This document shows, one piece after another, positions 11,941-23,154 of a stretch of 38,318 bases of DNA. The stretch comes from Octopus sinensis (lineage: Eukaryota): assembly GCF_006345805.1 (NCBI RefSeq), contig NW_021836808.1, forward strand, positions 1 through 38,318. The letters run 5' to 3'. Position numbers and translations under genes: made by a program. Position 1 is the first letter of the stretch, and each line of letters begins with the position of its first letter. The notes beneath the pieces are model-generated. The model did no database searches. It was not told the DNA's origin and saw nothing but the letters and a program-made list of their open reading frames with translations.

Positions 11941-12809
11941 AAAGATATGTAGCGTAAATAGATAACTAGATAAAGCCAGACGTATGTGTATGTGTGTATG
12001 TGCGTGTGTGTGTGTGTGTATACACACACATGCTGTGAGTGAGGTCAGACATAATTGTTTTATTACACCTGTAACTGAAGCGATCCCTGCCAAATTGTCC
12101 ATTTCCTCAAATACGCCCTTCATAGTGAATTAAGCTGCTCTCTCTAGCGTTTTATGGGTGTCTTTAACGCAACGATCAAAGCAGCGGTCTGAGGATTAAA
12201 AAGACCCGTTTATTGCCCTCTTCCCCTATAGAGGGCAAGGAAAAGCAATTCTCTCTTTTGGCAAATTATTTAAACTTTAACTGTTTTCTAATTATAATAC
12301 AGGAGATAGCTACAGTGACATGTGTATATATATACCACTGTATATATGTGTACATACTGGTATACTATCTTTGAGTCTCTGTAAGTAAAGGTCTTTGAAC
12401 CTACGTTCCTTTTAATAAGATGTACGTGAGTATATATAAGTGTTTGCGCGCGTGAATGCTTGTGTGTGTACGCCTGTGGTCACATATATCAATGTCTATA
12501 TATATACGTATATATGAGCAAAAGTTTGAAGAGTGTAGGGTGCGAACTATAGGATATTTCGCTGCTATTTCTGGCATGTGGAATGAACACGTACAGTCAT
12601 CCTTATTGTCTCATTAATCAACACCGTATCCCTCAAAACGCACATACTATAAAATAATAATAGCCTAGTCCTCGATCCGCCAATACAAATCTGTATAAAC
12701 TTTCAAAAAAAAAGTCGAGCCCCCAGGTTTGGGGAATGAAGTTTGAATTTAATGAGTGATGAAATATTTCTGTCTGCAAAAGGCACAAGGTATGATGTTT
12801 TCATTGAGA

Positions 12810-13215
12810 GGGTTAATCGATGACATCGACCGTAGAACTGGACTGGAACTTATTTTATCGACCCCGAAAGGATCAAAATCAAAGCATTATGTTGGTCGAT
12901 AATTATTGCGGCTTTTTTTTTTTCAACAAATTTTATTCAACAAAGAACAATAACAACATGTAACAAAAGCATCTTTAAATGATTATTCCGGAGCATATTC
13001 ACCATCTACTTCAATTACTGCTTCCCATTTGCTTGGCGGACGGTCAGACCATCATTTTAAGGATGATTTTGTTAAATATTATTATTGTTTTTTGCTGAAT
13101 AAAATTTGTTGAAAAAACAAAAACGCAATAATTATGCACCAACCCAATAGAATTCGGCGGCATGTTAATTCAGAACGCAAACCCGGGAAAAATGTCCACG
13201 AAGTATTTTCTTCGT
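12810..13215 (-). mobile_element. Old SINE-A copy split by a mariner insertion
   Basis: acttattttatcgaccccgaaaggatcaaaatcaaagc at left and gaattcggcggcatgttaattcagaacgc at right are consecutive SINE-A segments. Confidence 0.7.
12887..13149 (-). mobile_element. Mariner (Hsmar1-like TIR) internal-deletion derivative / MITE
   Basis: TIRs of about 53 bp (gttggtcgataattattgcgg..ttcaacaaattttattcaacaaa versus the reverse complement gttggtgcataattattgcgt..ttcaacaaattttattcagcaaa); TA at the right end; minus strand 13039-12983 encodes PPSKWEAVIEVDGEYAPE*, a mariner transposase C-terminus. Confidence 0.88.
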
Positions 13216-13329
13216 TATGTTAATGATCCTACCATTCCTACATACACACACACATGCATACGTACATACATACAAACGTACATACATGCATACATACATA
13301 CATACATACGTACGTACGTACATGCATGC

Positions 13330-13360
<31 letters not shown>

Positions 13361-13579
13361 CATACATACATACATACATACATACATACATACATACATG
13401 TAGGGCGCAGTAGCAGAGCAGCAGAAGAAATAGAATTCATTTTATGTTTTTATGTACATTGAATTTTAGTATTTTAGAGGCTGAGAGTTTCATGCATAGT
13501 ATTTTAGTAAATGTCATGCGCAAAATTCTCAGTACTCGAGGCACTTTTGTACTTACTGCCAATTAAAAACGTTAATCCT

Positions 13580-13787
13580 CCACCACTACTCTCGCTCATG
13601 ATCAGAGATGCACATGTAGTCTACAGATGCTTGTCCTTAACTCCATGCCAAAGGATTTAAGGACAAGCATCTGACAAGCATCTGTGGTACTGAACGGGAA
13701 TTTTTGCTGTAGTCCATCTCTTACACCAAGACAAAAGATGTACGGTTTCGAACTTCCAATCAGTTAAGATCAGAAGCCATGAGAGCT
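13580..13787 (+). repeat. Unclassified interspersed repeat containing a perfect inverted repeat
   Basis: ctcgctcatgatcagagatgcacat..ctgacaagcatctgtggta..cttccaatcagttaagatcagaagccatgagagc; repeat status is from recollection of octopus repeats only. Confidence 0.45.
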
Positions 13788-13804
13788 GTATGTGTGCATG
13801 TATG

Positions 13805-14215
13805 TAGCGCTGGATTAATAATTAAGCAAGAGAAGAACGTGCTTAGACATCAAGGGAAGCGGGGTCACCACAGAAATGGAAAATGGTTTACGGCACAAAA
13901 GAAATCACTTGCTAAATCAGCTTGCTAAACAATTTTCGAGGCGATATATGATCGGCCTGCTCATATTGTCGTAGTGAGTATCTGATCAAAACCAATCACT
14001 TAAAAAGAAAAAATGTAGAAAACATTTGATCTATAAATAAAAAGGAAGTATACAAAAAATAAACATTATTTTCTAACTAATTGTTAGTTTTGTAACAATT
14101 TGAAAAATAAAAATTTTTTATGGTTTATTAGTGTTTGTGTTTTGAATCACAAATATATGGCAACAACAAAGTCTTTTATGTGCTTAGGGCCCCTATGGTT
14201 CTTAATCCGGCCCTG
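13805..14215. mobile_element. hAT-like MITE, about 410 bp
   Basis: Left tagcgctggattaa versus reverse complement of the right end cagggccggattaa (11/14); subterminal gtgcttag at both ends; tgtatg flanks both sides. Confidence 0.6.
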
Positions 14216-14748
14216 TGTATGTATTTATGTACCTATGTATGTATGCATGTATGTATGTATGTATGTATGTATGTATGTATGTATGTATGTATGTATGTCA
14301 TTATTCAGTTTTATTTCAAGATTTCTCGCCAATAGAGAAAGTGCCGGTTTCTAACCTAGATTCAAATTTCCTTCATTAGAATTTCAACATCAGCAACAGG
14401 GTATTTTTGTAGGTATGTATGTATACGTGCAGATTTGTCTGTTTTGTTTTATGTATGTATTCTCATACATATAGCTGCATGTCTAGACATGCTCATATAT
14501 AATTAAATGATAGACTTCTGGAAAGTTTTACAGATTTTCACAGTTCCAGTGATGGATTGGATCTGTAGTCTTCGAATTAGCTTTCTTCTTTCTGGTTTTG
14601 AGAAGCCTTATTTCTGAAGATTCTATGTATGTATGTATGTATGTATGTATGTATGTATGTATGTATGTATGCATGCATGTATGTATGAATGAATGTATGT
14701 ATGTGATACATATATAATAATGTAAATACAAAATAATAATATAAAAAC

Positions 14749-14779
<31 letters not shown>

Positions 14780-16374
14780 TACATATATATGTGTATATTT
14801 ATACATATGTATATATATATGTATCAATGTATATGTTTATATTTATCAGTCAATCTATTTATATCTCCCATTCTATGTGCGTCTGCACACATGCACACAC
14901 ATACAAACTCACACACTCTCACATATGCACATGCACACACACGCACACACACACGCGCGCACACACGCGCGCACATACGCAATCATTCGCAATAACCTTT
15001 GACACATTGCTCCGCCTCCAAAATTGTTTCGTCTATCCAAATAACACGGTAAACCAATCACCGCAACCATGGTCGCCGTTATCATCGTCATCATCGTCTT
15101 CATAAGAGCAACCATATCCTTTCTAAACCAACATCTTTATTGCCCACCCACACAGTAATGTTTTAACTCACTTCTCCCCCAGGCCACACATGAAAAAACA
15201 ATAACGCACCACGGACAGCCAACCGTCTTTATTCGTCCACCCGCAGAAAATTTCTCCCTGAGGAACAAGCTCTTTAACCTGGCCCTCTGGTCTTGTCGAA
15301 TTTACACCAATTACCAAAAGCTTAAAACACTTTAGACGAACCATTAAACCTATTAATGGAAGCCACCCAGTATGTTTAACTGAAGGAAGCATTTATATAA
15401 ATATATCTGTCTTGAGTCAACGTCTCCTCTTCCGCCGCCTCATCCTCCTTCTCCTCCTCTTCCTCCTCCTCCTCCACATCCTCCGTCACACCCGTCTTTT
15501 CTTCCCATTTGTCTTCTTCCTCCTCCGTGTGCTCTTATTTCCTCCCAACTTCACTCTCCTCAAGTTGCAGGTGCACTCATGGACATTACACACACACACA
15601 CACACGCACACGCACGCACGCATACACACTAGAACACCCATATACACACACTCATGCAAGTTCGCATGCACACGCATATACATAAATCAGTACATAGTTC
15701 TATATGCGAACATACATTCATACATTCATACATACATACAAACATGTATACACACATTCATGCATGCATACATAATACATACATACATATATACATACAT
15801 CATACATAAAAACATCATACATACATACATACATGAATACATACATACATACATGCATACACACATTCATGCATGCATACATAATACATACATTCATACA
15901 TACATACTTGCATACATACATCATACATACATACATACATACATGTTACAACTTTTCAATGATGGCGCTTTGTATCTTTGCTAGAAAACAGCCCCTTACT
16001 GGAAGGAAGACCTCCAATAATTAAAAACAAAAGAGAACATATATACATACACACGCAAACAAACTGACATGAAAATCTTGAATGGAACAAGAATTATATG
16101 CTCCATATTTTATTCGAAAAGTAAAGGGATGATTCATATCATTACATTGCTTAAACCTTCATATAAGGCAGCCTCTTACGTGGTCGTTCAAATCTGCTAG
16201 AAAACGTACCTGAACCTTCACAATAACATTTTTAGAAAATAAGCCTTCAAAGACATTGGGTAACTATAAACCTACGTACACTGTGTAAGAGAGAGAAAAA
16301 ATAAACAAGAAGAAGCATGCGTGATGGTCATCAGACCTGTGGTTGTAATAACTATAATAATAGTTTTAAAAAGA

Positions 16375-16712
16375 GACTCCTTTGGTCATGGATAACCAGG
16401 GAATTGCACCTAGAAAGTTACCCGCCGATGCACAAGTCCGGGCACGGTTGTTTATGGAAAACCAGCAGTCGCATTATGCATACCAGCCTCTTCCTCTCCA
16501 CACCACCGATATTATTATCCAAGGGCAAGACAAGGGCCGATACAGCTTGGAACCAGTGACTTCACAAGCCGTTTCTATAGCTGAGTGAACTGGAGCAACG
16601 TGAAATAAAGTGTCTTGCTCAAGAACACAACACGCAGCCCGGTACGGGAATCAAACACACAACTTCACGATTGTGTGCCCGATGCTCTAACCACTGAGCC
16701 AAGTACCTTCAC
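16375..16712 (-). mobile_element. SINE family E (tRNA head, conserved central domain, long tail)
   Basis: Minus strand reads gtgaaggtacttggctcagtggttagagcatcggg..tgttcttgagcaagacactttatttcacgttgctccagttcactcagct; second copy at 23641-23970. Confidence 0.88.
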
Positions 16713-16715
<3 letters not shown>

Positions 16716-16800
<85 letters not shown>

Positions 16801-16804
16801 GATG

Positions 16805-16850
<46 letters not shown>
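16716..16850. repeat. (AAT)n microsatellite
   Basis: Directly visible. Confidence 0.95.
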
Positions 16851-16853
<3 letters not shown>

Positions 16854-16951
16854 ACTTCAAACTTGTTGTCTCTTGAGGTCTCTGGGTGAGACTTGGAACC
16901 AACTTGTACAAATGTAAAGCAAAAGTCAAACAGAATATTAATAATAATAAT
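16851..16951 (+). mobile_element. Probable extreme 3' UTR of an R4/Dong-like LINE inserted in (AAT)n
   Basis: About 90 bp of non-repetitive sequence with (AAT)n on both sides, the pattern expected of TAA-targeting Dong/R4 elements; no ORF attached, so the clade is inferred. Confidence 0.45.
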
Positions 16952-16952
16952 T

Positions 16953-17396
16953 TCTTCTTTTTTTTGCCACCGGGGCGAAGGATGAGGAGACAATACAAAG
17001 ACAGACATAAAGAGTTGACATATGATGGAATGATAAAATAAAAAAGTATACAGGGTATACATTTAAAGAATGGAAATATATATGACACTAGAAGAAAAGG
17101 GAATAAAAGGGTCATAATGGATTCCCTCTGATTCAGGAGGATCTCTAAGGATAATGAAAGAATTCCACCATCCAAGATCACTCTGAGTACCAATGATGAG
17201 AGCCCACTCCAACTTCTTTCTTCTGACTCACAGGTCTACTGCGAGTGGTACCATCCACTTTTGCCATTTTCGAAACTTTCACCCACCTCTTGATAAATTC
17301 ACTCGAAGACAGCACCTACCTCACCACCTTCACTTTCCTTTTCAAGCGAATCTTGAAAAAGTCGATGAGGGCTTTTCCAAAGAAGAAAAATACCTC
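16953..17396 (-). mobile_element. 3' end of an L1/Tx1-like LINE
   Basis: Minus frame EVFFFFGKALIDFFKIRLKRKVKVVR*VLSSSEFIKRWVKVSKMAKVDG resembles the L1/Tx1 ORF2 terminal R.E....F..RW helix; followed by a T-rich 3' UTR that is duplicated at 551-615. Confidence 0.6.
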
Positions 17397-18397
17397 ATTA
17401 CTGATTACTATATAACCTAGAAGTTTGGACTACACACGTCTGCAGCAGTTTTTGAAATGATAACACAGAATCTACAGACGAATAACGAATGAAAAAGAGC
17501 ATATGTAGAGCGGTACCTAATTACTAATATTGTGATAAGGTATGCTGGAAGACGGTGGTCAAAGATGAAAGTATTGCTCAATATTTATGAAAGGAATTGG
17601 GTAAACAGATGACTGGTCCGGCATCAATCTGGCGAGGAAAGCAATTTCCTTTATTGTGGTAGGTCGAATGGAAAAGCTTTGAAGTTATACGTCTATCTTA
17701 TTTTTCGTTCACAGATATAGACTCGTATACGTCAATGTCTATGTATGTGTATGCGTATGTGTGTGTGTGGTTATGTGTGAGTGTGTTAGGTTGTATGCCT
17801 ATATGTTTGTATGTATTCCTGTCTGTATGTAAGTAAGTATACATGTAGGTACGCCAATATGTATACATTTATATGTATGTATTTAGAAATGTGTGTATGG
17901 TTGTATGTATGTATGCAAGTATCTATCTATGTATGTACGTATGTATGTATATATGTATGTATGTATATATGTATATATATGTATGTATGCAAGTATTTAT
18001 GTATATATGTATGTAAGTGTGTATGTGTGCATGTTTGTTGCAAGTGTGTATGTATCTAAGTATGTGTGTATATATGTATTGCACTGGGCATGAAACTGAA
18101 GGAGAGAGAATATGCATTTAAAATAAACGATATATGCAACATGTATTGCATACTTACTCTCCCTTTAGTTAACACATACACACACACGTGTGTGTGTATG
18201 AATGTATATACAATCATGCCAGAAAGTAATGCCACTTTCTTTAGCATTACTTTTTAACTCTTCCTTGTATGTGCAAAGATAAATTAAAAAGCAATGGAAA
18301 CGAAAGTTGCATTACTTTCTAAATCCACCTTATTTATGTATACGTATATAACTATATGAGAGCGAGTCAGGAAGTAATGCAAGATAGATAGTTTGAG

Positions 18398-19130
18398 GGC
18401 GGTGAGCTGGCAAAATCGTTATCACGCCGGGTGAAATACTTAGCGGTATTTCGTCTGCCGCTACGTTCTCAGTTCAAATTCCGCCAAGGTCGACTTTGCC
18501 TTTCATCCTTTCGGGTCGATAATTGCAGTACCAGTTACGCACTGGGGTCGATGTAATCGACTTAATACCTATGTCTGTCCTTGTTTGTCCCCTCTATGTT
18601 TAGCCCCTTGTGGGTAATAAAGAAATAGGTATTTCGTCTGCCGCTACGTTCTGAGTTCAAATTCCGCCAAGGTCGACTTTGCCTTTCATCCTTTCGGGTT
18701 GATAAATGCAGTACCAGTAACGCACTGGGATCGATCTAATCGACTTTATCCGTTTGTCTGTCCTTGTTTGTCCTTTGTGTTTAGCCCCTTGTGGGTAGTA
18801 AAGAAATAGGTATTTCGTCTGTCTTTACGTTCTGAGTTCAATTTCCGCCGAAGTTGAGTTTGCCTTTCATCCTTTTTGGTAGGCTCGGTCTAATCGACTG
18901 GCCCGCTCCTCCCAAAATTTCGAGCCTTTTGCCTAGAGTAGAAAAGAATCGTTAGCATGCTGGGCGGTATTTCGCCCGTCGCTAAGTTCTGAGTTCAAAT
19001 TTCGCCGAGGTCAGCTTTGCCTTTCATCCTTGCAGGGACGATAAATTAAGTACCAGTAACGCACTGGAGTCGATGTAATTGATTATCCCTCTCCCCTAAA
19101 TTTCAGACTTCGTGCCTATAGTAGGAAGAT
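18398..19130 (+). mobile_element. SINE family A tandem array (full copy, two headless units, one further copy)
   Basis: Units 18398-18627, 18628-18808, 18809-about 18945 and about 18946-19130; junctions aaagaaata|ggtatttcgtc at 18627/8 and 18808/9. Confidence 0.92.
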
Positions 19131-19434
19131 AGATAGTTAGATACATGCATGCAGGCAGGCAGGCATACATACATACATACATACATACATACATACATAC
19201 ATACATACATAGAGAAACATACTGACAGAAAGAGAGACAGACGGATGGACGGACGGACAGACATCAAACAGACAGAAAGAGAGTGGGGGTGATCAACCTG
19301 GCATCTCTGGCCCTCTGAGTCGTTTCGACTATGAGACGAGGAGGTATCAACGCTGTCTCCTTAATTTTCAGTCTAGTCATGCATTTATTTCCTTAGAAGA
19401 AGGGGGAAAAAAGTAGTAGTGATGGAGCTTGGGA

Positions 19435-19483
<49 letters not shown>

Positions 19484-20824
19484 GGATCTGCCTTTGAAGA
19501 ACTGACAATCACGAAAGCTCTGTCGTGTCAAAGAGATCGGTTTTCAAGCACTAGTATCCAGTTCCGAAGACAATGCTTCGCTCGTTATGTGATGACGAGA
19601 GGAACTCGTGCGGCAAGTATATCATGGCTCACCAATCGCTTTGCTCGCCTCTCATTGTTTTTTTTTTCTTTTTTACCATTTTTCTGTTATTTTTTTTTAC
19701 TCACAGTAAATAAATAAATAAATAATAAATAAATAAATAAATAGATAAATAAATAAATAGATAAATAAATAAATATTGCCCCCTTCACGTAATTCTGTAC
19801 GATCTGGTTGACTAAACATTTTGATATTTTTTTGTTTTTAAGGACTTGGGGACGATGAGCGGGAGCGTCTTCTTACTTACACGATACAAAGACCACGCGA
19901 ACTTGCTCCATCGCCCCACCCCCGCAACAACAAGCTGATACAGCGAATGATTTTTCTAGGTATTGGAGATTGCTTCTATGCTGCAGTTCGAAATTGCAGC
20001 TGGAAATAACAGCTAAACCAAAACTTTCTCAAAAACCATCATCCTTCTCTCTCGAAGGAAGAAATCGTCTCATAGATACCACGCATGAATAAAATAAGAA
20101 TTAAGACGAAAAAACGATGATGTAACCTCAGAGCACTGGCATGCCTTTCATCGTAGTCTTGAAATAGAATCAAACAACAACTACAAAAACAACAGCAAGA
20201 ACAAGAACAACAGTATTTGGTTATTATCTGTTCCATGTAATATTTCGATCCCTTCAGCCAAGAGTGTTAGTCAACCGCAGCTTAATATTTTCCAAGAGAT
20301 ATGGTAATAAAACTGGCATTTGAGGCTTGCGTTCAATTTATTTTGTTGGATGACAGATAAACAGTATTCTGATCTAAGCCAGTGAGGGATCCACAATGTG
20401 GCCGGTCGATCTGTCAGAAATATTAGCTAAATCTGTCTTAAATCATTTTTGCTATTTTTTAAATAATAGAACGTAATAAGCAATGTAGTGTATGTATATA
20501 TATATTATATATATATATATATTATATATATATATATATATACAAACCACCTTTTATCAAATATATTTTTAGCAAACATATACGTTTTTATTATTATTTT
20601 GCAATTTACTTAATCATCGGTATATCATTGTTATTTCAATTTTAATATTTCTATCATATGTAATTTTCTAGATGTTGTAATTTAATTTTTCATTTTGTAT
20701 TGATAAAAGGTGTTTTTTTCTAATTTTTATATATATATATTATATTTTGTGAAATTTGATTTAGTATTTCTAAATTGAATTTTTCCCTGAAAGTTAGGAA
20801 TAAAATTCCCTCAAATATTATATA

Positions 20825-20936
<112 letters not shown>

Positions 20937-21049
20937 ATGTATGTATGTATATATATCACCGTGACCGCCCAGGATATCGCTGGTCACAATGCGCTTCACA
21001 TAGTTTTAGCCTTTAAATGACGCCAATCCATTGGCTAAGCGAGCAGGCC

Positions 21050-21237
21050 AACAGAAGAAAGGGTGAGAGAAAGGTGTGGTGAAAGAGTACAGCAGGGATC
21101 GCCACCACCCCCTGCTGGAGCCTCGTGGAGCCTTTGGTGTTTTCACTTAATAAACACTCACAATGCCCGGTCTGGGAATCGAAACCGCGATCCTACGACC
21201 GCGAGTCCGCTGCCTAACCACTAGCCCATTGAGCCAA
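21050..21237 (-). mobile_element. SINE family C, 5' half
   Basis: Reverse complement of the head and body of 35712-35880. Confidence 0.88.
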
Positions 21238-21270
21238 CACACACACACACAACACATATATATATATATA

Positions 21271-22005
21271 CTGGTAGCGATGGGTAAGTTGGGAACCGTC
21301 TTTGAGAAAAACAGCAGCATGACGCAATTCACTCTGCCAGAAATTTGGAAACGGTAGGCTGCAATGCTTGTCATTCGCGCCGAGTGCTCCAATACGAACA
21401 TTTCGGAGTATTTGTGTGTCAATCTGAGGACACGTACCGAGAGAGAGATAAAATTCAAACATCAAATCAATATCAAAGTGTTTGGAGTGATCACTAGTGA
21501 TAGTGACGTTATGCCTCTATTCCTCTGCCCACACGGCCTCAGACTCAACACGGAAGCTTACATCAAGTACCTGGAGGAGGCAGTGCTGCCCTTGTTCAAG
21601 AAGGGGGCTGCTGGAAGACACTATGTCTGGCAACAGGATTCTGTACCATGCCACACACAAGCAGGAGAACCCAGTGATGGCTATCAGACAATTTCTGCGA
21701 CCAATATCACCCTTAACATCTGTCCACCAAACTCCCCAGACTGCAATCCCCTTGATTATTATGTGTGAGGCGCAAGAATTATGGTAGCATTGACAAACTT
21801 AAACAAGGAGACCGTCTAGAAGAGTTGGAGTTGATTCCGAAATCGTTTGGAGACCGTGGTTGAAGGCAAAGGTGATTTTATTGAATAAATTTGCTCTTTA
21901 GTATTTCGAGATATTGTTATATAATTTTGGTAAATATATCTGTTAAAATGAAATGTCATTTTTTTTTCATTTTGCGTAATTTAGATGACAGTTTATTCAT
22001 CGCAC
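21271..22005 (+). mobile_element. Decayed, internally deleted Tc1/mariner-superfamily transposon, DD37D (maT/mori) type
   Basis: VFGVITSDSDVMP..PHGLRLNTEAYIK..WQQDS.PCHT..PPNSPDCNPLDYYV and terminal RLETVVEGKGDFIE* (stop 21886-21888). Frameshifts are present; restoring the frame gives a spacing consistent with D37D. Ends only weakly inverted (gcgatg..taa). Confidence 0.88.
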
Positions 22006-22056
22006 ACACACACACACTATATATATATGTATGTATGTGTATATATATATATGCAT

Positions 22057-22092
<36 letters not shown>

Positions 22093-22102
22093 GTATGTAT
22101 AT

Positions 22103-22485
22103 ATATTTCAGTTATTTGACTGCGGCCATGCTGGAGCACCACCTCCAGTCGAGCAGATCGACCCCGGGACTTATTCTTTGTAAGCCCAATACTTATTCTA
22201 TCGGTCTCTTTTGCGGAACCGCTTAGTGACAGGGACATAAACACACCAGCATCGGTTGTCAAGCAATGCTAGGGGGACAAACACAGACACACAAACATAT
22301 ACACACACATACATATATATATATATATATGTGCATATATACGACAGGCTTCTTTCAGTTTCCGTCTACCAAATCCATTCACAAGGCATTGGTCGGCAGA
22401 GGACACTTGCCCAAGATGCCACGCAGTGGGACTGAACCCGGAACCATGTGGCTGGTAAGCAAGCTACTTACCACACAGCCACTCA
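22103..22485 (-). mobile_element. Full-length SINE family B with an internal (CA)/(TA) tract
   Basis: Tail, microsatellite, central domain and head all present in reverse complement. Confidence 0.92.
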
Positions 22486-22879
22486 CATATATATATATAC
22501 ACATGACCAGTGGCCAAGCATATATAGTCAATAGACAAAATATTCGTATTTTATAATAGTGTACATTTAAACACAAAAGAAAATTACCCTTAAACAGTTA
22601 ATTTTTACATGCTAGAAATGGCAGCTAACACGGCTAAAACCACGGTTTAATACCAATTTTCGAAGTAAATGAAAAATTTTTATTAGCGGTTATACCATGG
22701 TTTCGAATTTCTTTAGCAAATAAAATTATTTGCCATCCTTTAATAGGTAATTTAGCAAAACAATATTATCTGCCAGTTGTTTAGCTCGTTGAACTGCGGC
22801 TATGTGCCTATTATATTATATTATATTATATTATATTATATATGTGTGACATACGATGTCAACCAAATTCACTTAACTC

Positions 22880-22960
22880 ATAAGACAGGCGTAGTGGGAT
22901 TGAACTTGGCACATTGCGGTTCTAAATCGGGCTTCTTAACCACTCTGCCATGGAAGCACT
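22880..22960 (-). mobile_element. Degraded tRNA-like SINE head
   Basis: Minus strand reads catggcagagtggttaagaagc..aagttcaatcccactacg (A and B boxes). Confidence 0.55.
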
Positions 22961-23154
22961 TATGTAAAGCTTAACAAAATGTCTAGATATTTCAATCTTC
23001 AAATTCTTTTTCTATACGTTATACATATATGCAAATACATATGTGCAAATATGACACATACATATATTTGTTGCTGCTGTTTTGCCCCGGGGTAAATTTT
23101 CTTTGAGAGACCACTTAGATTGTTAATTTCCCTACGAATTTAATTACGAATTAG

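Noticed and set aside
18398-19130. CRISPR-like array
   Set aside because: The units are SINE bodies with no unique spacers, and the context is eukaryotic.
21364-21768. 134-aa ORF as a host gene
   Set aside because: It is a frameshifted transposase fragment.
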